DNA from: an uncultured Chthonomonadaceae bacterium
GTDB taxonomy: Bacteria; Armatimonadota; Chthonomonadetes; Chthonomonadales; Chthonomonadaceae
NCBI GenBank assembly: GCA_963817895.1
Contig: CAWFQB010000007.1
Span: 32,001-96,000, forward strand
Length of the DNA stretch: 64,000 nucleotides
Reading direction: 5' to 3'
The translations under genes and the position numbers were made by a program. The notes under the pieces are model-generated. The model ran no database searches. It had not been told where the DNA came from and was given only the letters and a program-made list of their open reading frames with translations. Shown piece after piece: positions 21,880-32,493 of the stretch (position 1 is the stretch's first letter; every line of letters starts with the position of its first letter).

Positions 21880-22628
21880 TTACTTGTTTTTGAGGTTTGC
21901 GGCGGCGGATTGGTCGAGGAACCAGGTCAGTTCGCCGTTTGTCGGCTGCACGGCCTGCGCGGGCAGGCTGTCGAAGTCCTCCGGGCCTTCCAGAATGGCG
22001 GCTACTTTGTCGGCTTTGTCGGCCTTGTCCACGAGAAACAGGACATGCGCGGCGTTGTTTAGAGACGGGATAGGTCAGGGTGATGCGCGGCACGAAAGGC
22101 TTCAGGCCGGGTTCGGTTACGACGGCAAGGCGGGTTTGTTCATGCAGGGCGGGCTTGTGGGGGAACAGGGACGCGGTATGGCCGTCCGGCCCCATGCCGA
22201 GCAGAATCAGGTCGAAGCGCGGCAGTTGTCCCGGCTGTAGTTGGAAGAAATCGCGGCAGGTCTTCGGAGTACTGCTGCGCGGCAAGGTCGTGGTCGGGCA
22301 GGTCGGCGGGAATGCGATGAATATTAGAAATCGGTAGGGGCGTCTTCGAGAACAGCGCGGTTTGCGCCATCTTGAAATTGCTGTCGTCGCTGTCCGGGGA
22401 TACGCAGCGCTCGTCCCCGAAGAACAGATGTATCTTTCCCCAATCTATGGTATTGTAGGGCGGTTCCGTCAGCAGGCCGTACATTGCGGCAGGTGTGCGC
22501 CCACCGGCAAGCGCGACGGTAAACGGTTCTCCAATTCGCTCTCTGGCGGTATACAATTGCAGCAAATGGTCAGCCGCCGCCCGCGCAAGTTCGTCGGGCG
22601 TGTCAAAGATGCGAATCGCGCGGTTCAT
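21880..22628 (-). CDS. pgl: 6-phosphogluconolactonase (frameshifted)
   Basis: [44 protein letters not shown]. Confidence 0.9.
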
Positions 22629-22641
22629 ACTCTTCCTTTCA

Positions 22642-22758
22642 GTTCAGGTGTTCAGGTGTTCGGGTGTTCAGGACAATGCATCATTAAACGTCTGTTGGCG
22701 CGGCAAGGTTTATAATTCAGTTCCCGAACACCTGAACACCTGAACACCTGAACACCTG
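22642..22758. repeat. Inverted octamer tandem repeat (GTTCAGGT)n/(ACCTGAAC)n
   Basis: Visible directly between divergent genes; same unit recurs at about 41424-41454. Confidence 0.85.
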
Positions 22759-22771
22759 TAGAGGAACTTTT

Positions 22772-23545
22772 ATGCTTGGAGCCATTGCCGGGGACATCAT
22801 TGGCAGCGTGTACGAAGTCTCCAATATTCGCACTACGGATTTCCCCCTGTTTATTCCGCAATCGCGGTTTACAGATGATACCGTTCTTTCCATTGCCCTC
22901 GCGCACAGCCTGTTGAATGGCGAAGATTTCACGTTTCTGCTCAAATGGTACTTTCGGCAGTACCCACATGCCGGTTATGGCGGCGCGTTCACGCATTGGG
23001 CCTGGTCGGGCAGCCGGGAACCGTATAATAGTTGGGGCAATGGGTCGGCCATGCGCGTCAGTCCGGTCGGGTGGGCGTTTAATACCATCGAAGACGTATT
23101 GGAACAGGCCAAACGCAGCGCTGAAGTGACCCACAATCACCCGGAAGGCATTCGGGGCGCGCAGGCGATTGCCGCCGCAATTTTCCTTGCGCGTAACAAC
23201 CAGAGCAAGCAGGCGATACGCGCTTACATTGAGGATACCTTTGGATACGCGCTGGATGATACCATTGACAACCTCCGCGCCACCTATAAATTCGATGTTT
23301 CCTGTCAGGGTTCCGTGCCGCAGGCGATTATCGCGTTTCTAGAATCGGACGGTTACGAAGACTGCATCCGCAAAGCCATCTCCATCGGCGGCGACAGCGA
23401 CACGATTGCCTGCATGGCGGGCGGCATTGCCCACGCCTTTTACGGAGCTGTGCCGGAAAACATCAAGCGCGAAATGTACGCGCGTCTGGACGAGCCGCTC
23501 ATTGAAATCACTTTCCAGTTCTGCGAAAAGTTCGGCTGCGGTTAG
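22772..23545 (+). CDS. ADP-ribosylglycohydrolase family protein
   Basis: GAIAGDIIGS, FTDDT, GNGSAMR, THNHPEG, GGDSDTIACMAG. Confidence 0.92.
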   Translation: MLGAIAGDIIGSVYEVSNIRTTDFPLFIPQSRFTDDTVLSIALAHSLLNGEDFTFLLKWYFRQYPHAGYGGAFTHWAWSGSREPYNSWGNGSAMRVSPVGWAFNTIEDVLEQAKRSAEVTHNHPEGIRGAQAIAAAIFLARNNQSKQAIRAYIEDTFGYALDDTIDNLRATYKFDVSCQGSVPQAIIAFLESDGYEDCIRKAISIGGDSDTIACMAGGIAHAFYGAVPENIKREMYARLDEPLIEITFQFCEKFGCG

Positions 23546-23596
23546 GAAAATAACAGCCGCGAATGAACGCGAATAAACGCCAATGGAAAGTTAAAT

Positions 23597-23625
23597 TTGA
23601 CTTCCCTCTTCTGATTGCGTATCAT
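23597..23625 (+). promoter_or_regulatory. Putative sigma70 promoter
   Basis: TTGACT-N17-TATCAT (followed by TATAAT) upstream of the DUF6599 gene. Confidence 0.45.
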
Positions 23626-23796
23626 TATAATGGTAATATGGCGACTTCCTGCGCATTCACATTCGCGCTTGAAACAACCGCCTGATTTCGGCGTCTACAA
23701 TAGTAGCGCGGAGCAGTTTGCTTCGCGTCATTTGCGCATGGATTCTAGCTGTGAATTACGGTAGCTATTCAGCCCTTTCTCATAATTTTAGAATAG

Positions 23797-23853
23797 CCCC
23801 TCTCCCAGATTTTTAGGAGAGGGTGTCCACAAGTGGACGCCCGGAGTGAGGGC
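23797..23853 (+). repeat. Family C hairpin element
   Basis: cccctctccc..ggagagggtgtccacaagtggacgcccggagtgagggc. Confidence 0.75.
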
Positions 23854-23891
23854 AATAGTTACGATTTCCCACTATATTTTTCGAGGAGTGT

Positions 23892-24872
23892 GTGATGCCC
23901 GTTCGTTCTTTGTCGCGCGTATCGTTGCGCAAGAGTTGTGTTCGCGTTGCTTCGCTGCTGAGTTTGGCAATGGTGGCCTGTGTTGGCAATATTCGTCCCG
24001 TGCGGGCGGATGGCAAATCCGCGCTGCCTCCGGGCGCGGGCGAGTTCAAGATGACCAAGCCCGTGCAGACGTTTTCGCCCGCCACGCTGGAAAACCACAT
24101 TGACGGGCAGGCCGAGTCCGTCAAGAAATACGATTTCAAGCAGTGCGATTACGCCGAATATGCCCCCGGCGGCAAGGGTACGCAACTGATAACGGTTGAC
24201 ATTTACACGATGGGCAGCCCGCTCGACAGCTACGGCTACTACAGCTATCAGCTGGGGCCGAGCGCGAAGGGCGTGAAGTTCCTGAAATTGGGGAATGTGG
24301 AGGGGTATCAGACGGGCGACAGCGTGAACTTCTGGAAGGGGCCGTACTACGTGGTCATCACGAACACAACCGCGAACGCGCCGCCCAGTTTTGCCGCCAC
24401 CATGCCCAAAATCGCTTCCGCCGTCGCCGCCAAACTGACCGGAGCGCAAACCCCGCCTGCGGGACTTGCCTCCCTTCTAACCGCCCTGCCGCCCGGTTAC
24501 ACGCCCCATTCCGAGGTGTATCAGCGCACGGACGTTTTCGCGCAGACGTTTTTGAAGAACGGCATCGTGGCGAAGTACCCGACAGCGGGGCCGCAGTCCG
24601 AGGCTTTTGTCGTTCAGTTGCCCTCTGCGGACGCGGCGAAACAGGCGTACACGCAGTATTCGGCCTATTTGACGCAGCCCACGCGGGTCGCCATCGGCGC
24701 AAAACCGCAGCCCCTGACCGGAATTGGCAGCGGCGCGGTTGTGGTGCGCTCGAAAGTGAGCGGCTTTTACGGGGCGGCGCAAAGCGGCAAGTACGTCATT
24801 GGCATCCGCCGCGCCAAGGATGCGGCCGCCGCGCAAACATGGCTCAAAACCGCTACCGCCAAACTGAAATAG
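23892..24872 (+). CDS. Secreted DUF6599-like protein
   Basis: Signal peptide; LENHIDGQAE..ITVDIYTMGSPLDSYGYYS..FWKGPYYV. Confidence 0.65.
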   Translation: MMPVRSLSRVSLRKSCVRVASLLSLAMVACVGNIRPVRADGKSALPPGAGEFKMTKPVQTFSPATLENHIDGQAESVKKYDFKQCDYAEYAPGGKGTQLITVDIYTMGSPLDSYGYYSYQLGPSAKGVKFLKLGNVEGYQTGDSVNFWKGPYYVVITNTTANAPPSFAATMPKIASAVAAKLTGAQTPPAGLASLLTALPPGYTPHSEVYQRTDVFAQTFLKNGIVAKYPTAGPQSEAFVVQLPSADAAKQAYTQYSAYLTQPTRVAIGAKPQPLTGIGSGAVVVRSKVSGFYGAAQSGKYVIGIRRAKDAAAAQTWLKTATAKLK

Positions 24873-24926
24873 TTGCCTGATCGCTTGCCACAATGCCGCA
24901 ACGTCTTTGAAGGACCTCAACGCACT

Positions 24927-25343
24927 ATGACCGCGCGAGGTTTGTATCATAAAGACGTCAGAAACGCGCTGATTAAAGATGGCTGGACGATTACCGACGA
25001 TCCTCTGCGCCTGGAGTGGGGGCGCAAGGATGTTTATGTTGATCTCGGAGCCGAGCAAATATTGGGCGCGGAAAAAGAGCAGCGCAAGATTGCTGTGGAA
25101 ATTAAAAGTTTTATTGGCACTTCCGAAGTGCGCGATTTGGAGTTAGCCTTTGGACAGTACATGCTTTACCTCAACATTCTTTTAGATGTTGAACCGGATC
25201 GGCAAATATACCTTGCGGTCAGCAGCATCAAGTATGTCGAAATTTTTGAAGACTCGTTGGGCAAACTGCTTCTCAACAAAGGAGTCGTTCGCCTGCTTGT
25301 CTTTGATCCAAAAACGGAGAGCATTAAGCAATGGATACCTTGA
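24927..25343 (+). CDS. xisH: XisH family protein
   Basis: YHKDVRNALIKDGWTITDDP, VDLGAE, IAVEIKSF, LAFGQYMLY. Confidence 0.9.
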   Translation: MTARGLYHKDVRNALIKDGWTITDDPLRLEWGRKDVYVDLGAEQILGAEKEQRKIAVEIKSFIGTSEVRDLELAFGQYMLYLNILLDVEPDRQIYLAVSSIKYVEIFEDSLGKLLLNKGVVRLLVFDPKTESIKQWIP

Positions 25344-25669
25344 ACGAGTACCGCAGTTTGGTGGAAGCGGCGCTTACAGAGCAGACCCGCGTTCCTTTTT
25401 CCAGAGGCGATATTGGTATTGAAACAGTGTTTGACCGTGAAGCGGACCGCTATCTTGTTATGCTCGTCGGCTATAACGCGCAGCAACGGCGCGTACATGG
25501 CTGTCTGGTTCATGTAGATATTCTGGATGGTAAACTCTGGATACAGCGCGATGGCACGGAAAATGGCGTTGCGAATGACTTTTTGGAAGCGGGCATTCCG
25601 AAGGATAGAATTGTGCTTGCCTTTCATTCGCCTGCTGAACGTCAACACACTGAATTTGCCGTCGCCTGA
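25331..25669 (+). CDS. xisI: XisI family protein
   Basis: RVHGCLVHVDILDGKLWIQRDGTENGVA..GIPKDRIVLAFH; overlaps xisH. Confidence 0.9.
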   Translation: MDTLNEYRSLVEAALTEQTRVPFSRGDIGIETVFDREADRYLVMLVGYNAQQRRVHGCLVHVDILDGKLWIQRDGTENGVANDFLEAGIPKDRIVLAFHSPAERQHTEFAVA

Positions 25670-25737
25670 TGTTGTTCACGCAACAGATAAATTGAGGTTC
25701 GAACCGGCTAAGAAAACGGAACGCTTGCGGAAACGAT

Positions 25738-26808
25738 ATGGATATAAAGCAGTGCTATTCCATCCTTGTTGTGGATGTGGGCGCCTCGTTACAGGAAGTG
25801 AAAGTCGCGTATCGCGATCTGGCGCAAGTGTGGCATCCTGACCGCTTTCAGAACTCGCCGCGCTTGCAGGCCAAAGCCGCAGAACAGATGAAGCAGATCA
25901 ATGCGGCGTATGAGATGCTGACAAAACATCTTGCCGCGCCGCGAACAACGCCGACACAGGCAAAGCGGCCATCCAAACCCGCGCATGCAGAGCCGGTACA
26001 TTCGGATTGGTCAACGGCGCAGGCCAGTTTCCATGCGGGCAAGGCTTGCTACGACGCCAGAAACTACCCGGAAGCCATCTCGAACTTTCAAACGGCCATT
26101 GACCTGAACCCGCGCTATGAAGAGGCTTACAAACATCTTGCAATGTCGTTTAGCCGTTGCAGTCGCTACGAGGAGGGGTTAGCGGTATGGAAGAAACTGC
26201 TGACGATAAACTCCAACAACGCTTCCGCCTACATGGGACTGGCAGGCATCTACAAAAGCTATGCGTCACAAAGTGAAACCGGTGGGGATGACGCAAGCCG
26301 AAAGCGCTTTTTGGAACAGGCCTTAGCAGCGTACAAGCAGTATGTTCGGTTGCGCTCACAGGAGCCGGACGGCCATTTTTCTCTGGGCGAAACACACTAC
26401 CAACTGGGCAATTTTCGAGAAGCGGCAGAATCGTATAAACGAGTTTTGAAACTTGATCCGATTTCGGAGGGCGCGAATTTCAATCTCGGCTGCGCCTATT
26501 TCAGTCTTGGCGAGTACATGCTTGCCATCGAGTTTTTGCAGCAGGGCATCCGCATTTCGCGTTATAATCTGAGCGGTTCGTGGACAATGCTTGGACGCGC
26601 CTTCATGAAGATCGGCTGGATAAAGCAGGCCGTTGACGCTTATAAAAAGGCCATACATATCAATTCCAGAGACGCCGATGCCCACTCCGGTCTGGGCGAG
26701 GCGTATCTGGCGACGCATAATAAAGCCGCCGTTCTGGAAGTAGTCAACGTTCTGAAACAACTTGATGCCGCAAAAGCAGAGGAACTGTACCAGCAGACAT
26801 TCTCTTAA
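25738..26808 (+). CDS. J-domain (DnaJ) plus TPR protein
   Basis: N-terminal J domain with HPD (VWHPDRF) followed by multiple TPRs. Confidence 0.88.
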   Translation: MDIKQCYSILVVDVGASLQEVKVAYRDLAQVWHPDRFQNSPRLQAKAAEQMKQINAAYEMLTKHLAAPRTTPTQAKRPSKPAHAEPVHSDWSTAQASFHAGKACYDARNYPEAISNFQTAIDLNPRYEEAYKHLAMSFSRCSRYEEGLAVWKKLLTINSNNASAYMGLAGIYKSYASQSETGGDDASRKRFLEQALAAYKQYVRLRSQEPDGHFSLGETHYQLGNFREAAESYKRVLKLDPISEGANFNLGCAYFSLGEYMLAIEFLQQGIRISRYNLSGSWTMLGRAFMKIGWIKQAVDAYKKAIHINSRDADAHSGLGEAYLATHNKAAVLEVVNVLKQLDAAKAEELYQQTFS

Positions 26809-26826
26809 CCAGTTATGTAACTCATT

Positions 26827-27378
26827 ATGACAACGAAGATGAAAGCCACAATTGACGACCTGTACCGCATACCGGAAAACGGAAAAGCGGAGTTGGTCAA
26901 TGGAGAGATCGTTCTTATGCCGCCAACAGGAGCCTTTCCCGGACGCGCGGGCGGAGAAGTTTACGTCAGTTTGCGCCTGCATGAGCGGAACGTTGGCGGT
27001 GGCCGCGCCTATCCTGATAATGTCGGCTTTGTCGTGAATTTGCCGCATCGAGAGTCGTTCAGCCCGGATGCCGCCTGGCATACAGGCCCATCTACGGGTC
27101 TGAAGTTTTTACAGGGAGCGCCCATCTTTGCCACAGAGATACGCAGTGAAAATGACTACGGACCTGCGGCGGAACGCGCGATGGCAGCCAAACGCGCCGA
27201 CTACTTTGCGACGGGAACGCTGGTCGTGTGGGATGTGAATTTAACGAGTACGGATGTCATCAGGAAGTACAGCGCGAGTGACCCGGACAACCCGGTGATC
27301 TTCCGGCGTGGCGACCAAGCCGAAGCCGAGCCTGCGGTTCCCGGCTGGACAATGCCTGTGAATGAACTGTTTACATGA
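26827..27378 (+). CDS. Uma2 family endonuclease
   Basis: KAELVNGEIVLMPP, SPDAAW, APIFATEIRSE, KRADYF..GTLVVWDV. Confidence 0.9.
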   Translation: MTTKMKATIDDLYRIPENGKAELVNGEIVLMPPTGAFPGRAGGEVYVSLRLHERNVGGGRAYPDNVGFVVNLPHRESFSPDAAWHTGPSTGLKFLQGAPIFATEIRSENDYGPAAERAMAAKRADYFATGTLVVWDVNLTSTDVIRKYSASDPDNPVIFRRGDQAEAEPAVPGWTMPVNELFT

Positions 27379-27432
27379 GAATGGATTTGCGAGATTGCTT
27401 TGACGCTGTTTGTTCTGTTGCTGGAGTTGCCC

Positions 27433-27735
27433 ATGAACGATACAATTACGTGTGAAGAGGTCGAACGCTTCTTTGAGGATTTCGCGACGGAACTGGAAAA
27501 GGGGCAGGCAACCGCGTATGCCCTGCAAAGTTTGGCGTATCAAGAAGGAAATACATTTTTCCGCAGCATCATTGAGGAAGTGTACGAAAGCGTCACTTAT
27601 GGCATGACGCTCACCGACGCGCTGATGCGGCATCCCAGCGTGTTCGATACGGACATTGTGGACGCGGTTCGCGAGGGCGAAGAAAATGGAACGCTTGCGG
27701 AAACGCTGTGCCGGCTCGGTGAAAGCGGCAACTGA
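27433..27735 (+). CDS. Stand-alone type II secretion system F (PilC-like) cytoplasmic domain protein
   Basis: GMTLTDALMRHPSVF..VREGEENGTLAETL; no transmembrane segment. Confidence 0.7.
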   Translation: MNDTITCEEVERFFEDFATELEKGQATAYALQSLAYQEGNTFFRSIIEEVYESVTYGMTLTDALMRHPSVFDTDIVDAVREGEENGTLAETLCRLGESGN

Positions 27736-27801
27736 ATAGTTGATAGTTCATAGCTAATACATTCCCATTGGCTATAAACTTGAAGCCTATCTTAATAGGT
27801 T

Positions 27802-27844
27802 CCCCTTCTCCCACAGTTGGGAGAAGGGGCTAGGGGTTGAGGGC
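27802..27844 (+). repeat. Family C hairpin element (short form)
   Basis: ccccttctcccacagttgggagaaggggctaggggttgagggc. Confidence 0.7.
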
Positions 27845-27884
27845 TAATTGGTATCGGCAATCGGTTTTGAAGGAGAACAAGAAC

Positions 27885-28958
27885 ATGGCAGAAGATCAAA
27901 CGACGGGCAAACAGGATGCGGTGAAAGTCGCGCCGAAAGCGGAAGACCACGCGCTCAGTCCCGAAGAAAAAGCCGCGAACCGCCGCAAGTTTTTGGAAGT
28001 CGCGGGCGGATCCGCGCTGCTCGGCGGCTTATACGGCCTGACCTTCTTCAACCACGAGGACACGGCAAAACCCGGTAACATCCGCAAACCCGCCAAAGCC
28101 ACGCCAACCACGCCCGACATCGTAGCCGTCGAAGGCAACCCCGATTCGTATGGCGACATCACGGAACGCGCCATTAACGAACTTGGCGGCATTGAAAAGT
28201 TCGTCAAAAAGGGCGACAAAGTGGTGATTACGCCCAATATGGGCTGGATGCGAACGCCGGAACAGGCTGCCGCCACCCACCCGGACGTATTGCGCCGTCT
28301 GGTGCAGTTGTGTGAGCGGGCGGGCGCGTCGCGCATTACGTGCATTGACTACACGCTCGACGACTGGAAGCTGGCATTTGAAATTTGCGGCGCGAACAAA
28401 GCCGTGCTGGGAACCAAAGCCAAACTGCTGTCGCCCACCGAGCAGACGATGTACAAGCAGGTGGATATTCCGAGCGCCGTGCCGCGCATGACGGCGGAGG
28501 GTCTGGTTTACGATCCCAAGCACCACTTCAACCAGATCGAGCAGCACATCCCGCATGACATCATCGAAGCCGACTGCTTCATCGTGAACCCGGTCGTCAA
28601 AGATCACGAGGCCGCTGTCATCACGATTGCCATGAAGAAACTGATGGGCTGCATCTGGAACCGCAAGGACTATCACCGCTACGGCCTGCACGACTGCATT
28701 GCCGAACTGAACATGTTCATCAAGCCCACGCTGATTGTCACGGACGCCACCCGCGCCCTGCAAACGCGCGGCCCGAAAGGTCCCGGCGAAGTGACCACGC
28801 CGCATAAAGTGGTGGCGGGCATTGATCCCGTTGCGCTGGACAGCTACTGCTGCCAGTTTCTCACGGTTAAAGGCATCACGCCGGATCAGGTGAACCATCT
28901 GATGCTTGCCAACAGTCTCGGACGCGGCCAGATTGATACCAGCCAACTGAACGTATAG
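27885..28958 (+). CDS. Tat-exported DUF362 (Fe-S) protein
   Basis: NRRKFL twin-Arg motif; LGGIEKFVKKGDKVVITPNMGW..ATHPD; KDH..ITIAMKKLMG; DPVALD. Confidence 0.88.
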   Translation: MAEDQTTGKQDAVKVAPKAEDHALSPEEKAANRRKFLEVAGGSALLGGLYGLTFFNHEDTAKPGNIRKPAKATPTTPDIVAVEGNPDSYGDITERAINELGGIEKFVKKGDKVVITPNMGWMRTPEQAAATHPDVLRRLVQLCERAGASRITCIDYTLDDWKLAFEICGANKAVLGTKAKLLSPTEQTMYKQVDIPSAVPRMTAEGLVYDPKHHFNQIEQHIPHDIIEADCFIVNPVVKDHEAAVITIAMKKLMGCIWNRKDYHRYGLHDCIAELNMFIKPTLIVTDATRALQTRGPKGPGEVTTPHKVVAGIDPVALDSYCCQFLTVKGITPDQVNHLMLANSLGRGQIDTSQLNV

Positions 28959-29070
28959 GAAATATCTGGCGCAAAGGCGTAATGAACGCTTCCGAGTTTA
29001 TGTTTCTGGACGCGCCCAACTGCCGGGTAGAACTTCGGCGCAGCGTTGTTTGTGAACGCGAGTTTTGTTC

Positions 29071-29124
29071 AACAATATCGTGTCCGTAGGACACGATATT
29101 GTTGCGCGGGGTTTCAACCCGGCG
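29071..29124. repeat. Family B REP-like element (half copy with palindrome)
   Basis: aacaatatcgtgtcc-gta-ggacacgatattgtt followed by gcgcggggtttcaacccggcg. Confidence 0.75.
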
Positions 29125-29225
29125 TACCCTCAGTTACAAATACACCAATAGAGTTCGCGCTTATGAACCCTGTTTAACACGCGCTTTCAACATTGAGGAT
29201 AGGTAAGTACACAGGAGCAGCAATC

Positions 29226-31504
29226 ATGGCGGATATACCGCAGCAAGGATTTGGATTAGGCGGCATCCAGCCGCGCCGCAACAGTGGCGGCGGATGTGGA
29301 AGCGGGTGCGGGTGCGGCAGTGGCGGCGGAGGTTGCGGAAGCAAGAACGCTGACGCCAGCGCAGCCAACGTTGTCCGACTTGGCGACATCGGCGGCGTAA
29401 TACAGAGGAAGGGGAAAAAGGAGAAAGCGACAGAAGATGCTTCTTCCTCAACTCTTAATCCTCAGCTTGCAAACGTCAAACTTGCGGCGGAAACTATCGG
29501 CGCGGGGGAAGTTGGCGCGAGTGGCGGCGGGGCGGCGTATTCGCGGTTTTCCGCCGAGCAGAAGCGCAAAATGCGGGCGGAACCGGGCAACAAGGCCGCG
29601 CATAACATCGTGCGGGTACGACGCGCCACGCAGATTTTTCTGTTCGGGCTGTTCGTCGTGTTCTTCTTCCTGACGACTGCCAACAGCCAGATGATGTGGG
29701 GCATCCCGAAGAACCTGTTCATGACAATGGACTTTCTGAACACGCTCAAGAATGGGATTGCGGCGCATAAATTCGCCGTGTACGCCATTGGGCCGGGGCT
29801 GTTCATTCTGTTCCTGACGCTTTGGGGCGGACGCATCTTTTGCGGCTGGATTTGCCCGCTTGGAACGGCTATTGACATCGGCGACACCCTGCTGTACCGC
29901 AAGGGTAAGCTGTTTTATACCAAAAAGCGCAGCGATACCCGCCGTTACCGCAACTGGAAATACATCTATCTGCTCGTCGGGCTGGGCGCTTTGGTTTTCA
30001 GCGTGGACATTCTCACGTTCGGCGACCCGATTTCGCTGATTACGCGCACGTTCACGTTCTGCTTCTACGCCCCCGTCGCGTATCTGTGGAACGGCATACT
30101 GGGCGTGGTGGCGGCTATTCCCGCCGGGCACAACGCGAACGGCAACCCGCTGCATCTGGACAGCGTGATTTACAACATGGGCGGCGACATGGATCGCTGG
30201 CACATGCAGAGTATGCACTTCTGGAACGGCGTCCCCGTACTCTTGATGTTCATCGGCATCATCGCGCTTTCGGGTTATCAGGAGCGGTTCTGGTGTCGCA
30301 ACCTGTGTCCGTATGGTGGCCTGCTGGCTCTGATTTCCCGCGTCTCGTGGCTGCGGCACTATATCAAAATGGACGGCTGCATCCACTGCAAAAAGTGCGA
30401 AATTCAGTCCCGCATGGGCTGCTACGACAATCTGGACAAGAACGCGAAACAGGAAGCCATGCACAGCATCAGCGAGTGTATTCAGTGCTTCCGGTGCGAA
30501 ACCATTTGCCCGACGGACGTGATTCAGATTCAGGCGAAAGTTCCCGCGAGTATCAAGGAGGCATTGGGAGCGGCGAAGCGTGGAACCGCGCCCCGTCCCG
30601 AACCGCAAACCGAGATAGATTTGGGCAAGCGGCGGGTTGTGGCGGCTGTGGGCGCGGGCATGTTGTGGGGAACCGCGACCAAAGCCAGCGCCAGCGAGTA
30701 TCAGGGCAGTATGCGCCGGTACAACAAGAATCGCCGCGCTATGCGCCCGCCCGGAGCCTTGCTGGAAGACGCGTTCTTGGCGGCCTGTACCCGTTGCGCC
30801 GAGTGTATGAAAGTGTGTCCGACCAACGCCCTTCAACCAGCAACCTTTGAAACCGGCTTGCAGGGATTGTGGACTCCGCTTCTGGTTCCGTCGAGCGGGC
30901 CGTGCGCGGAAAAGTGTACCAGTTGCGGCGACGTATGCCCGACCGGCGCTCTGCGTCCGTTTACGTGGCAGGACAAACGCTACAAGCTGAAAATGGGACT
31001 TGGCGAATGTAGACCGGTCAACGTGCGTGGCGTATAATGGCGGGCGCGACTGTATTGTGTGCGCCGAAGTATGCCCGTATTCCGCTGTGATTTTCAAGGA
31101 CACGTTCGACGACACGCTGCCCAAAGACCCTGACCGTTGCCATTGACCACAAGGACGAAACCGGCAAAGAAACCAACCGGGGCCGCATGAAGCGCGTCCC
31201 GACGGTTGACGAGAAACTGTGTACGGGCTGCGGACTGTGCGAGTACCACTGCCCGGTTCTGCCCGACCACTCCATCGTGGTCTACACGTTCCAGGAAGAC
31301 CGCGCGTACAACGAGCCGAAGGAGCGCCCGCTCGACGGCTTCCTGCGCAGCGGCTGGACGGAGCGCAAAGAATCCGGCAAAGATCAGGAGTACGCGGCAA
31401 CCGTAGAGCAGTTCAACAAAATCACCGGCATGAACAGCGCGCCAAGCCCCGGCACCGGTGGCGGTGGCAGTTCCTACAACCCGAACCCCGCACCGGGTAA
31501 GTAG
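29226..31504 (+). CDS. Membrane polyferredoxin, NapH/MauN-like fused to NapG/MauM-like (frameshifted near 31000-31150)
   Basis: GRIFCGWICPLG, RFWCRNLCPYG, several CxxCxxCxxxCP motifs, RPPGA..FLAACTRCAECMKVCP. Confidence 0.88.
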
Positions 31505-31589
31505 GTTCGCAGCAACGGGTTTGCAACAGTGGCGCATAGCAATCGTAACGAAGGCTATGCGCCACTTTGCATTATGAAAAGGAAAAATA

Positions 31590-32060
31590 ATGCCTGATCT
31601 TTTTCCGCCCACTGTAGGCGTATTTACCAGAAATCACAAACTGTACATTGAGGAGGCTGTAGCCAAGAAGGATATTGTCCTCCGTTCCAACAAGCGCTGG
31701 ACCAGCGTAGAAGAACACCTACAGAAAGGTGAAATCTGCATTGTCTACCTTGCCGTTGTTGATGATGGGCCAATAGTACAGTACAAAGCCTGCTTGGAAG
31801 AAGTTCTACTTAATCCAATACGCGGTCAGCGGGCTACGGACGACCTACTTAAATTAACTCATTCGGGAATTGACGAAGACGTACTGTTAAAAATGGACGG
31901 AAAGCCCGTTCTGACACTTTATCGTCTGACAGACTGTGAGAAAATCACACCGTTTCCCATGACGGAGTTAATCAAAATCAAGGGCGGCGAGCCTATCAGC
32001 GCCGAATACGGTTACGGCTATACGCTTGTCAAGCCACGTAGCGAGGATACGCCGGGTTGA
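31590..32060 (+). CDS. Hypothetical protein (lower GC)
   Basis: 156-aa ORF with AAGGA SD; no family recognised. Confidence 0.6.
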   Translation: MPDLFPPTVGVFTRNHKLYIEEAVAKKDIVLRSNKRWTSVEEHLQKGEICIVYLAVVDDGPIVQYKACLEEVLLNPIRGQRATDDLLKLTHSGIDEDVLLKMDGKPVLTLYRLTDCEKITPFPMTELIKIKGGEPISAEYGYGYTLVKPRSEDTPG

Positions 32061-32182
32061 AACCCTGCGCTGCAAAGTACGAGTGTCCTACGGACACAGG
32101 GTTCTTCGGGGTAGGTTTTGTGGGCAGGACGGATTATGTCCGTAGGACATTCGTTTTTGTAGCGCAGGGTTTCAACCCGGCG
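32050..32182. repeat. Family B REP-like composite palindrome
   Basis: cgccgggttgaaaccctgcgct..tgtcctacggaca .. tgtccgtaggaca..agcgcagggtttcaacccggcg. Confidence 0.85.
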
Positions 32183-32256
32183 GGGGTCATTCCCGTGGTG
32201 AAACGTTCTCCTGCATCAAAGAGAAACAACGTTTTTGAAAAAGGAGTTAGTTCAGC

Positions 32257-32493
32257 ATGACGCAGATTGTAGAAATATCAAACTCTAATCTGACGCTTAC
32301 GGAATTGGTTTCTCTCGTTCGCGCCGGAGATGAGGCACTTTTGACGGAAGAAGGCCGTCCTCTGGCACGAGTGGTTCTGGTTGCTTCTGAATCACCTAAA
32401 CGGCGAGTCGCCGGATTACATCGGGGCGCAACACAAATGAGCGATGATTTCGACGCGCCCTTGCCGGACAGCTTCTGGATGGGAACAGAATGA
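32257..32493 (+). CDS. Type II antitoxin (Phd/DUF2281-like)
   Basis: LTELV..GDEALLTEEGRPLAR..RRVAGLHRG..SDDFDAPLP; overlaps the toxin gene. Confidence 0.85.
   Translation: MTQIVEISNSNLTLTELVSLVRAGDEALLTEEGRPLARVVLVASESPKRRVAGLHRGATQMSDDFDAPLPDSFWMGTE

Noticed and set aside
22772..23545. ADP-ribosylation system linking the ARH gene and the macrodomain remnant
   Set aside because: They are 16 kb apart with unrelated genes between, and no ADP-ribosyltransferase is in the window
24927..25669. fdxN-type excision element implied by xisH/xisI
   Set aside because: No XisF-like recombinase nearby; stand-alone XisH/XisI pairs are common
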